DNA from: Welwitschia mirabilis
Taxonomy: Eukaryota
Assembly (NCBI GenBank): GCA_051453625.1
Contig: JBOZIK010000001.1
Coordinates: forward strand, 35,928,984 to 35,965,392
Length of the DNA stretch: 36,409 nucleotides
Direction: 5' to 3'
Made by a program: the position numbers and the translations under genes. Each line of letters begins with the position of its first letter. Within the stretch, counting starts at the first letter, position 1. Below, in pieces: positions 1 to 10,099 of the stretch. The notes under the pieces were generated by a model that searched no databases, was not told the origin of the DNA, and saw nothing but the letters and a program-made list of their open reading frames with translations.

Positions 1-334
1 TTTACCAAGGTAAAACATTCCATCTATTTGATTCTATAATTTGATCTTACATAATGACATTTCTGAATTTAATTTACATATCCCCAGTTAGTGTTTTATT
101 TTAGCCAATTTGGCTTGTAAGTATAGTTATTTACCAACTTTTTTTTGGACTGACAAGTTTAAGTGGGGGCTATGTTGCGATGCTAAATTATATGTTTTTG
201 ATGGGGTATTTTGAGTAGTTTTACAAGACATTTAGACAGGTTTATGTGGAAAACAATAATTTNNNNNNNNNNATAGACATGTGCTAATACTAGTACATTT
301 AAAGGTATTTTGGATCAATTCTAATACCTTATGT

Positions 335-969
335 TTTGAGGAGGAAGTAATGTTCTACAAAGACAATTTGACTTCATGAAAGAGCATTAAAAAGGCTATC
401 ATACCCTCCATCATCTGGATGAAACTGCTAGATGACAATACTTATAAGATGATTAGAACATTAACTGGATTAAAATGCATGCTGATGTGAACCTTTATTG
501 ATGTGGCATCATCTTCTACATCGTCTAGATGACATGCAGGACAATCATCTAATTTATTCAATGTACCAAACTCCATCAAACATTTGCAATATGTCATGCA
601 CCCTCTTGCACATTTATTAGGATTTCACAACATCTATTAGGATTTGCTATTTTTGAGTCTATAGTGGTAAATAAATATCACCTTAACCCTAGACTCCAAC
701 TTCATCTTATTTGGTATCTAAAATTCTTGTGATAGGAGATCAAAGGATAGAAAGTCCATCTGTTAGTTGTAGAGATAGGTCTTCCTTAGTGTTAGGCTCT
801 GTCTCCTTTATTAAGGTGTTACTACTTTGTAACAAGATGGTGGTTTGACTTTAATAAAAATATTGCTTTAGTTTTATTCATTCATGTGCATGTCCCTTAT
901 GGTTTATGTTAGTTATAGTTTCATGACAGTTTCATAATTGATATAGGTTATTTAGGGCAACCTTTGTCA
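335..969 (+). mobile_element. Decayed LTR-like repeat, copy A (probable Gypsy LTR preceded by a polypurine tract)
   Basis: Aligns by eye with 1080-1715, mostly transition differences. Purine tract GAGGAGGAAG lies just before TG at ~351. Ends at an N gap. Confidence 0.5.
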
Positions 970-1079
970 NNNNNNNNNNNNNNNNNNNNNNNNNNNNNNN
1001 NNNNNNNNNNNNNNNNNNNNNNNNNNNNNNNNNNNNNNNNNNNNNNNNNNNNNNNNNNNNNNNNNNNNNATACTTCATA

Positions 1080-2028
1080 TTTTAAGGAGAAATTAATGAT
1101 CTTGAAGGCCAATTTAACTTGATAAAGAGCTTTAAGAAGGCTGTCATCTCCTCCATCATCCTGATGACATACCATAATGACAACACTTGCATGCTAAGTA
1201 AGATGCTTACTAGACTGACATGGAGGATAAACATAGAACTCCTTTAACATGGCATCATCTTGACCATTTTCTGGATAACACATAAGACAACCACCTAATT
1301 TTAGTCAATTTATCAAACTCCACCAAACTCTATAATGTGTCATGTGCCTTATTACACATTTGTTAGGGTTTTACCATTTTTTTAGATTTACTAGTTTTGA
1401 GTATATTCTTGTCAATAAATACAACATTTATCCTTAACTTCTATCATCTTCGTTGGTATTAAAAATTCTCATGATATATATTAAAGGGCAAGAGGTCCAT
1501 CCTTTATTATTACAGTGAGACGTCTTACTTAGTATTAGGCTGTATATCCTTTATTTAGATGTTGTTGCTTTGTAACATAGATGTTGGTTTGACTTTTAAT
1601 GGAAATATTCTTTTAGTTTATTTATATTCATTTGCATGTCCCTTATATTTTATGTTACTTTTGATGGATTAACAACTTCATTTGTGATATTGATCATGAG
1701 GGCAACCTTTGTTAAGGTTGGAATACTTAGTTTAGAATCTTTATTTTATGTTTCTTACATTAATCATTTCATATTTTTCATATTCTATTTGGCATACTTG
1801 AGAGCTTAGGTTGGTTAGGATTCATGATAGTTTCGTTGATTGATCTAGGTTATGCAGGGCCAATATTGGTGACAGATATTTGGTAGTTAGACAGATGTTG
1901 CATTTATAGTAGATTGCATTTACATTGTGTGTTTACTTTTCTTGCATTGTTGATTTTTATTTTAAGCCTTTACTTCATAAAAAGAAATTCTCTTTATTCT
2001 CATCTAGTCCCTTCGATGGATTACAACA
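1080..2028 (+). mobile_element. Decayed LTR-like repeat, copy B
   Basis: Diverged direct repeat of 335-969. Purine tract then TGAT at ~1098. Possible ...ACAACA end at ~2028 followed by TTCTGG. Boundaries approximate. Confidence 0.45.
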
Positions 2029-2701
2029 TTCTGGTTCACTCCCATCTATATTAGTATGTCGTATCTATGCATATATTTGTGATTGACATGATTTGATAAA
2101 GGATGTAACATTTGCATAAATATGCATGGCAATAATAAGCTCCTTAATTTTTTGGGTATTGCACTATGTAGATGAAAAATTGATTATCAATGAGAAATAT
2201 TCCATTCGATAGAAAATTGAAATATAGTTCTTTGACACTTAGCTCATTAAGACAAAGATGATGTTCTTAAGAATATGATATATCCTAATGTCAACAATGA
2301 CTTTTTTGAGCTTCTAGAAAAGTGAAAATAATAATATGCCTTAAGATTAATAGAGAGTTCCTCTTATAGGTAATTCCTAAAATATTTTTAAATGTTGAAT
2401 ATCTTAGTACTCTTATTATAGCATTTAAGTGATTTACACTTATTACATGAAGATATTGTAATGGAACTTTAACAACATAAGAAATATCATGTTTATTATT
2501 GTTTAAATAAATTAGATTACTAATAATTCAATTAGGTTTTACTTCATTAGTTGATTTTAGATCTTCACTAATGGATAATTTTTTAGTTTGTTCTAGAGAA
2601 CTTACAACTTATTTAGTATTCTTCAAATGAAATTTCTAAGTTATATCTTAAATGTACTTATTTTAAGTTAAAAATATTTTATTATTTTTCAACATAACTT
2701 C

Positions 2702-3178
2702 TATATTATTTAAACTAAGTTTTATATTATTTAACCTAAGTTAGTTTTATATTATTTTTTAACCTAAGTTAGTTTTATATTATTTAAACTAAGTTAGTTT
2801 TTTATATTATTTAAACTAAGTTAGTTTTATATTATTTAAACTAAGTTTTATATTCTTTAAACTAAGTTAGTTTTATATTATTTAAACTAAGTTAGTTTTA
2901 TTTATTATTTAAACTAAGTTAGTTTTATATTATTTAAACTAAGTTAGTTTTTTATATTATTTAAACTAAGTTAGTTTTTTATATTATTTAAACTAAGTTA
3001 GTTTTATATTATTTAAACTAAGTTACTTTTTTATATTATTTAAACTAAGTTAGTTTTATATTATTTAAACTAAGTTAGTTTTTTATATATTTAAACTAAG
3101 ATTTATATTATTTAAACTAAGTTAGTTTTTTATATTATTTAAACTAAGTTAGTTTTTTATATTATTTAAACTAAGTTA
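2702..3178. repeat. Minisatellite A, ~26-28 bp unit TATATTATTTAAACTAAGTTAGTTTT(TT)
   Basis: Tandem units visible directly, varying mainly in T-run length. Each unit contains the inverted repeat AAACTAA-G-TTAGTTT. Runs into an N gap. Confidence 0.95.
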
Positions 3179-3278
3179 NNNNNNNNNNNNNNNNNNNNNN
3201 NNNNNNNNNNNNNNNNNNNNNNNNNNNNNNNNNNNNNNNNNNNNNNNNNNNNNNNNNNNNNNNNNNNNNNNNNNNNNN

Positions 3279-3603
3279 TAAAATTTATATTTTTTTTATA
3301 TTATTAAACTTTATAGTTTTTTTAATATTATTAAACTTTATAGTTTTTTTAATATTATTAAACTTTATATTATTAAACTTTATAGTTTTTTTATATTATT
3401 AAACTTTATAGTTTTTTTTGATATTATTAAACTTTATAGTTTTTTTTATATCATTAAAGTTTATAGTTTTTTTTAATATTATTAAACTTTATAGTTTTTT
3501 ATATTATTAAACTTTATAGTTTTTTTAATATTATTAAACTTTATAATTTTTTTATATTATTAAACTTTATATTTTTTTATATTATTAAACTTTATAGTTT
3601 TTT
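3279..3603. repeat. Minisatellite B, ~26-28 bp unit ATATTATTAAACTTTATAGTTTTTT(T)
   Basis: Tandem units visible directly, each with AAACT-TTAT-AGTTT. The last unit abuts the ribozyme module. A single unit recurs at ~5930-5956. Confidence 0.95.
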
Positions 3604-3637
3604 CTATATAAAGATGGGCCTTTAGACTGCTTAAAGC

Positions 3638-3676
3638 AGACCTTTTTGGGTTGCTTCGGCAGCCCTTTTGGGATCT
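3638..3676 (+). ncRNA. ENE-like stem-loop (U-rich internal loop, cUUCGg apical loop), copy 1
   Basis: AGACC-UUUUU-GGGUUGC-UUCG-GCAGCCC-UUUU-GGGAUCU. 7-bp upper stem with one G-U pair, U5/U4 internal loop, short lower stem. Confidence 0.5.
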
Positions 3677-3679
3677 CGA

Positions 3680-3721
3680 GGCACACTGATGACAGGTGAT
3701 TCCTAGAAAGCGCTCCGTGCC
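3680..3721 (+). ncRNA. Minimal type I hammerhead ribozyme, copy 1
   Basis: GGCACA-CUGAUGA-CAGG-UGAUU-CCUA-GAAA-GCGC-UC-CGUGCC. Complete core, stem I GGCAC/GUGCC, stem II AGG/CCU, palindromic AGCGCU stem III. Predicted cleavage after C3715. Two A-C mismatches next to the core. Confidence 0.8.
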
Positions 3722-4344
3722 ATTTGTATTGCTGCTCTGTAAGTTAATAGATTTTATGCAATACTTATGTTCCAATTGAATCTACTTTGCAGCTTTCTAA
3801 ATGAATCTGTCTTATAGTTTTTAAAGGCTATGTGTTTTCTAAGAACTTGTTTTTGAAGGCATTGAACTTCTTTCAAGTTTCTACCATTATTGTATACATA
3901 GCAATTTCTTTTTGGAAAAGCTTTTCGTGTTCCTGGAATTCTTAACGCCTGCTCCACCGAATGTTACTCTCATTTAACTTTGAAGAAACCCTGAACTCTA
4001 GAGCTTCTATTAGCTGGAGTTATGGCCTGCACTGCAAGCCAAGGCATAAATTAGCCATGATGAAAAGAAGCTAGCACCCGATTTCGAAGGATGGCTTTCC
4101 TCCATTTTCTCTCAGCTTTCTTGTGCAAAACGAACACGTTTGCTGTTGTTCTTGCTCCACCGTTTATACTAGGCAAATCTTCGCTTGACGATTTTCTCCG
4201 ATGGATTTTAGCTCTTATGGCCATCGCAAGTCTTTAGATTTTTCATTAGCAACTAAAGCCAGCAATCCAAAAACGCTACAGACATCTCAATCTGTCGCGT
4301 CTCTTCCTTTCAATGGAACAGTGAAGCGAATCGTATGCGCCACT

Positions 4345-4740
4345 CTAAAATGCATGCGACCACCAAAACCTCGCTTGTTCCAGGTCTCGTTTGATACCAC
4401 GCCATCCTTTTTCAACGCTTCTCGTCTGTGTGTCGATTCTGATGCTTCTTGACCACGCGTCGTCCTTCATGCACCTCGTGCCTCAAGCCTTTTTCCGGTG
4501 ATGCATACTTTTGTGTGCCTTTCACGCTGTGTCTATAGACGCCTCTATCATCCCTGTGGACGCGCTTCTCTAGCGTGTCCCTTCGTGCCCAAAGCCGCCG
4601 CTAGCTGCCTGGCTTTTGTGCATCTCCTCATTGGTTTTAGGCTCTTAGTCGGTTGCAGCCTCATTCACGCAGCAAGCTTCGGTGGCAGCTTCACTCAGGC
4701 AGTAAGCTTCGGTGGCAGCATTATTTTCGTAGCAATCTTC
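4345..4740 (-). pseudogene. Decayed ORF of unknown function with 3x10-aa repeat (EDCYENNAAT/EAYCLSEAAT/EACCVNEAAT)
   Basis: My translation gives a long frame broken by isolated stops. A 30-bp repeat at 4649-4740 preserves the frame. No family recognised. Confidence 0.35.
4649..4740. repeat. 30-bp tandem repeat, 3 copies
   Basis: TCGGT(T/G)GCAGC... units start at 4649, 4679 and 4709. Confidence 0.85.
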
Positions 4741-5123
4741 ACGTGCCACCGCACTTCACATGTTGCCACTACGCTCCTCATGTCGTCATCGACTCATTTT
4801 TTGCTGCGTCTGGATTCTCTGCCGCTAACTCTTTGGCTTCTCAGCTGTACTTGGCTTCTATGCCGCCAAATCGCGCCTTCTCTGCTGTCAATTCTTCTGA
4901 CACTGGTTAACACCAGCGTTTCTTGACGCCAACTGCCAGATTTATATCCTGACAGCAGCTGACCAGCACTTCACATTTCTTAGCGCTTCGCATTTCCAGC
5001 ATTTCACATTATCAGATTTCTCCATGGAGTCTCACTGCAGTCGTCTGATAACACGCATAAATCAAACTGCAGTCATCGAACCACAAAAAAGATCTGTCGG
5101 AAATCAATTCGCCTCCAAGCTGG

Positions 5124-5360
5124 TCATTATTTCTTTTAGCTGCACTTCCTCTAGTTTCTGACACTATCTGCCATGCCGCTGACAGCGTATGCCGGCCTCT
5201 GACCAGCGCAATCCATAGGACATGAGACACATCTATGAACTTCATTATTTCTTTTAGCTGCACTTCCTCCTGTTTCTGACAACGTCTGCCATGCCGCTGA
5301 TAGCATATGCCAGCCTCTGACCAGTGCAATCCACAGGACATAAGACACGTCTATGAACTT
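5124..5360. repeat. 118-bp tandem duplication, with a more diverged partial third copy at ~5467-5545
   Basis: TCATTATTTCTTTTAGCTGCACTTCCTC... starts at 5124 and again at 5242. Confidence 0.9.
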
Positions 5361-5752
5361 CCTTAAATTTAACTCTATGACACGCCTTATTTTCTCCATC
5401 GACTTTATTCTCTCCATTGGCTGCCTTAATTTTCTCCATCGGCTGCGTTTTGATTACCTACTAAAAACGTCTGCCATCTGCAACAGCATTTGCCAGCCTT
5501 ACATAGCACAGCACTGTGGACCCAATACGTCTTTGATACTTCATCTCCCCTCCAGCCGTCATCTCATTTTCAAATGTTAAGCTGTTTGGGGATGCATGTA
5601 TTCTTATGGAAAAAAGCTCACAAATTTAACTTTTGGCCTCTTCCTCTCTGTCGCAGCCGTTTTTCCGGTCACCCAATATTATTTGTCTTTGCTACAATGC
5701 TTCATTTCTGAAGTGGGACCCCTCTTGTTCTCATCCAAAACAGGAGGGCATT

Positions 5753-5770
5753 CCTAAACCCTAAACCCTA
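5753..5770 (+). repeat. Short plant telomeric tract or telo-box (CCTAAACCCTAAACCCTA)
   Basis: About 2.5 copies of the Arabidopsis-type C-strand repeat CCCTAAA. Confidence 0.7.
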
Positions 5771-5892
5771 TACTCTCTTTCTTAAGATCCCATGCTATCT
5801 TTTCACTTGGCAAAGACATATTTTTATTTGTTGGTGACTTGGATTGTATGGAGCATCTAAAATCATTGGAACATTTAGATCCCATGTGCTCA

Positions 5893-5923
5893 CTCCCATG
5901 CTTCCTCTCTTAAAGCATGGGAG
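5893..5923. other. Perfect 11-bp inverted repeat (hairpin)
   Basis: CTCCCATGCTT-9 nt-AAGCATGGGAG, ending just before the second ribozyme module. Confidence 0.8.
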
Positions 5924-5990
5924 AATGTTTTATATTATTAAAATTTATAGTTTTTTCTATATAAAGATGGGCCTTTAGACTACTTAAAGC

Positions 5991-6029
5991 AGACCTTTTT
6001 GGATTACTTCGGCAGCCCTTTTGGGATCT
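5991..6029 (+). ncRNA. ENE-like stem-loop, copy 2 (decayed)
   Basis: Same as 3638-3676, with G>A differences at 6003 and 6006 that weaken the upper stem. Confidence 0.4.
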
Positions 6030-6032
6030 CCA

Positions 6033-6074
6033 GGCATGCTGATGATGGGTGATTCCCAGAAAACGCTCCGTACC
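6033..6074 (+). ncRNA. Minimal type I hammerhead ribozyme, copy 2
   Basis: GGCAUG-CUGAUGA-UGGG-UGAUU-CCCA-GAAA-ACGC-UC-CGUACC. Intact core, perfect 4-bp stem II, stem I with one G-U pair and one mismatch. Predicted cleavage after C6068. Confidence 0.78.
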
Positions 6075-7079
6075 ATGTAACATGCAACCTGTTTTCAATG
6101 TAAGAAATCTATTTAGTGCATGTTGCTCTCTGTGTTTTATGAATCTGTTTTTTCAAGCTTTTAAGCTCTCAGCATTTTCAAGCTTTTCAGTTTCAAGCTC
6201 TGTAATTTCAATGTTTGAAAACCTACTGTTAAGTCTTTTGAAAAACTGTTTTAATTTTAATTTAGCCACCTCCACCGATGCAAGCTCCTTATCTACTTTT
6301 AAAGAAACCCTATATTTGAGCCTTTGCTAGCTAGAGTTCAGCTTGTATCTGCAAGCTTTGGCACCCTGGGCTCTAATTCGATGAAGCCAGTGATCTTATT
6401 TTCCTGGCTTTTCAAAACAATCCTTTCAGCCCATTATCTTCAAGCATAGTTTTTTTACTCATCGGCCCGCAATTTTCTGAGGCAACTCCTTGTGTACAAA
6501 AGCGGAGTCTTCACAGTAAACATAGGATCTATGTAATCTTAAATTATAAATNNNNNNNNNNNNNNNNNNNNNNNNNNNNNNNNNNNNNNNNNNNNNNNNN
6601 NNNNNNNNNNNNNNNNNNNNNNNNNNNNNNNNNNNNNNNNNNNNNNNNNNNNNNNNNNNNNNNNNNNNNNNNNNNNNNNNNNNNNNNNNNNNNNNNNNNN
6701 NNNNNNNNNNNNNNNNNNNNNNNNNNNNNNNNNNNNNNNNNNNNNNNNNNNNNNNNNNNNNNNNNNNNNNNNNNNNNNNNNNNNNNNNNNNNNNNNNNNN
6801 NNNNNNNNNNNNNNNNNNNNNNNNNNNNNNNNNNNNNNNNNNNNNNNNNNNNNNNNNNNNNNNNNNNNNNNNNNNNNNNNNNNNNNNNNNNNNNNNNNNN
6901 NNNNNNNNNNNNNNNNNNNNNNNNNNNNNNNNNNNNNNNNNNNNNNNNNNNNNNNNNNNNNNNNNNNNNNNNNNNNNNNNNNNNNNNNNNNNNNNNNNNN
7001 NNNNNNNNNNNNNNNNNNNNNNNNNNNNNNNNNNNNNNNNNNNAGTTACCTAAGCATTCCAATTATAATTTTACTCATG

Positions 7080-7600
7080 AATTGAAATCAAAGGAAAACA
7101 ACTTTTGCATTACAAAAAGGAACAACTTTATAACAAAGAAATGAAAAAGCATGAAGAACTCCTCAGCAATCCTCGAAGATTAGCTCACTCCCTCAAAGAG
7201 TCGCCTAGAAAGCCATCACAAGTTGATGCTCCAAAGTGCTACAATTTTCCAAGCTAAAAGATGATAGAAGGAAGGGTTCGAGGTCCTTTTATAGTGAGAT
7301 ATGGGTAATAGTGGTGGTTACAAACCCTTGGCTTGTAGTATTAGTTGGAAGATTACATGTTTACATTAGGTAGGACATTTTGTCTTCTCTTCGATTTGAT
7401 GAAGATGCTTATGATGACATTATCACTTGGCTTCAGAGTACTGTAGCTATTATTAACCACTAACTACACCATATGCCTCCATTATCATTCTAATTAGTCC
7501 TATCAAATGTTGCTCTGCGAATCCTTATCATCACTACCACATGTCGATAAGAATGCAATTAATTTCTAATTTGGAATCTGAGTAAGCCCGTAACTGCATT
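7080..7600 (-). mobile_element. Probable LTR remnant related to 17900-18130
   Basis: Shares GAGGTC..TTTATAG and ACATGTT(T)ACATTAGGTA motifs with the 17.9-18.1 kb segment. TATA-like TATAAAA on the minus strand. Confidence 0.35.
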
Positions 7601-10099
7601 CTATATAATTTTCCATAAAATGTCAAGAACATAAGTTTGAAGGTATTTTAAGCATATAGGTTGGTGTCACCGATGTATTAAGCTGATTAATAATAAAACT
7701 AAGGCATGTCCTCCAATTGAGAATAATACACTTGAAAATGTTATGGGAGATGATTAAGTTTATAATTAATATGAAAACCAATAGAAGACATGTTTTTATG
7801 ATAAAATCAATGATATTAATATCTTGTATTAAGGTTAATTAGTTATTTAACTTAATCATAATGTCAATTTTTATATGTTAACAACAATATTATGCTATTT
7901 ACATTTACATTATTAATACCGATTATTAGCATGTCATCTACATACGTCATTATATATGTAGCTTTACTTCCATTAGATTTCATAAAAGTGTATCTTATAT
8001 ATCTTAATAGTTATATAATATAAATACAATGGTGCTTAAGTAATAAGTAACTTTTATTTACCAAGATCTGAAAGCTTGTTTTATCCTATATAATGATGTT
8101 TTTGATCTACAAAACTTTATTCTTTGATTTTCACTTCAACACACTTGGGTTGCATTATGTATATTTTTCTTTTAAATCTTAATTTATAAAGGTAGTTTTT
8201 ATATTTATTGGTGTAATTTAAATTCCTTCTAATCTACTAACATAATCAAAATTCTAATGTTGTATGATTTTTATGATGTTATGAAGGCTTCATTGTAATT
8301 CTTCTATTTCTTTAGGCATAGACCTACAAAAAGAAGCTAAACTTTATGTATTTCAAGGTATTATTTGCATTAATTTTGTTATAGAGCATTACTTTGTTTA
8401 AAAAGAGTAGTATTATCTAATGAAAGACTAATTAATTTACAAGTACTATTTTCAATAAGAGCATCATATTCTTTTTTCATAGCTTGCACCCAATAATCAT
8501 GTTATTTGACATCTTTGGTAGAGGTGAGTTCATCATTAAAAGATTAGATCTAACTCATTATCATCATCATGAAATCATTTAAACTAATGTTTACTTCCAG
8601 TTTTTTTTTTCTTTTTCATCATCATGAACATCTTCTAAAGTAGATATTAATTAACTACATTATTTTATTCTAGCACAGAGAAAAGCTTAGATCCAAGAGT
8701 GCAGGAGGAGAGGGGGAAAAAAGGAGAGAAAGTAAAACATGATGGAGTAAAATAGGTACACAACTTAAAAAACCGTAAAAAAGTTTCTTGTGAGATAGTT
8801 GCATATCAAAGGAAATAAGTAATGAAAGGAAATGAGTACCCAGATAAAATCATCTAAATTACCTACCAAACTAAGGAAAGCATGAGGCAATGCCATTCCA
8901 TTAAGATTCACTGTAATTTATGGTAATGTTTTAATAATAGCATATTAAATCTAAATATGATTTATTTACCTCTCTTAGAATCTTATATGAATTCTATAAC
9001 TTCTATATTCTCAAAAAATCATATCATTCATAAAATTAGAAGTTATCTTACATTAAATGTTTTTTCTAAAATTCAATGTATTCTTAAGCTAAGGCTAATG
9101 CTAAAGACATTGCATTTTTGAACTTATTTATCTACATATTATTAGATTTTATCTATATTTTCTATGTTGAGGGAAAAATTAACTCTTCTGTGATGGTATT
9201 ACCATCTGATTTTCAATACAAGTTATCATGATTTTCTATTATCCATCTTGTACAACCTGAAATGGATCTTCATCATGTCTTCCATGTGATCTATAGTGGT
9301 CTTTTATCATGCTTATTTTATAATCTTTGGTGGTTCTTAATAATGTATCTTACATAATAAAAGATTTATTGGCTTTTTTTTTATATAACCATTTCCTACT
9401 AACTTCACTCTAAAGCGTTCATGACTTTAAATCCCCTTTGAGATTCTTTGACATAATGAAAAGTGTAAATGTGGCACATTAATCAAAAAAAATAAAACAA
9501 AGTAAAACTAAACATATAACTAAAGAAACCATGAATGAAGTTTTAGTATGATAATCATAAATCAAAGATCATTAATGATGAAAGGAAATGGATACATACT
9601 AAAGTGGATTTCAATCCTTTGCTAAACCAAGACAAACATTTAGTGAATTCCATTCCCTTAAAATTAATCATAATTGACAAAACTCTTTTAATAATTATAC
9701 ATTAAATCTATCTATGGTTTCTTTATGAATTCTAGAGTCTTATAGTAATCATAAAATTTGTAGAAATTATACTATGAAGATTCTCTAGAAAATCATAGCA
9801 TTCCTAAATCTAGTAATGCTTTTTCATTAAAAAAGACTTTATATCTAATAATAAATAGGAAAATGCACAGTATGGATTTGAAATAGGTGAAGAATCACAA
9901 GATAAAGTCATAGATTTTCAAATACTTGTTCATAACTCATGAAGGAAGAATTTACAATGTTGTAAACATGTCAACTTTTGATGGAATGTAAAAAAAAGCC
10001 TTAGAAAGTTATATTAGGAAAATGAAGACTTACTTCAACTTATAAAGAGTTAAATATCATATAACAAGCATAAAGATTGTAACATGTAAGATATGGGAT

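Larger units (their letters stand above)
3575..6370 (+). mobile_element. Putative Penelope-like or retrozyme-like element(s): two hammerhead-bearing direct repeats 2353 bp apart
   Basis: 3575-3723 is nearly identical to 5928-6076. A second, more diverged shared block is ~3953-4046 vs ~6270-6363. CpG is retained, unlike the flanks. Minimal type I hammerheads in direct repeats are characteristic of PLE pseudo-LTRs and non-LTR retrozymes. No RT domain recognised. Confidence 0.5.

Noticed and set aside
1161-1167. CTGATGA as another hammerhead core
   Set aside because: No stem II/GAAA or stem I/III pairing follows. It lies within an LTR-like repeat.
2702-3603. Palindromic ~27-bp repeats as a CRISPR array
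   Set aside because: Units are head-to-tail with no unique spacers, no cas genes are present, and the context is eukaryotic.
3648-3669. GC hairpin plus T run as a bacterial intrinsic terminator
   Set aside because: Plant nuclear context. U runs on both sides plus a closing lower stem fit an internal-loop structure better.
3560-3775. Minus-strand ORFs over the duplicated module (also 5910-6098)
   Set aside because: Their similarity simply reflects the antisense of the RNA module and minisatellite. Non-ATG starts and no family resemblance.
4498-4926. 142-aa plus-strand hydrophobic ORF
   Set aside because: Looks like the shadow of a purine-rich decayed frame on the opposite strand. No recognisable domain.
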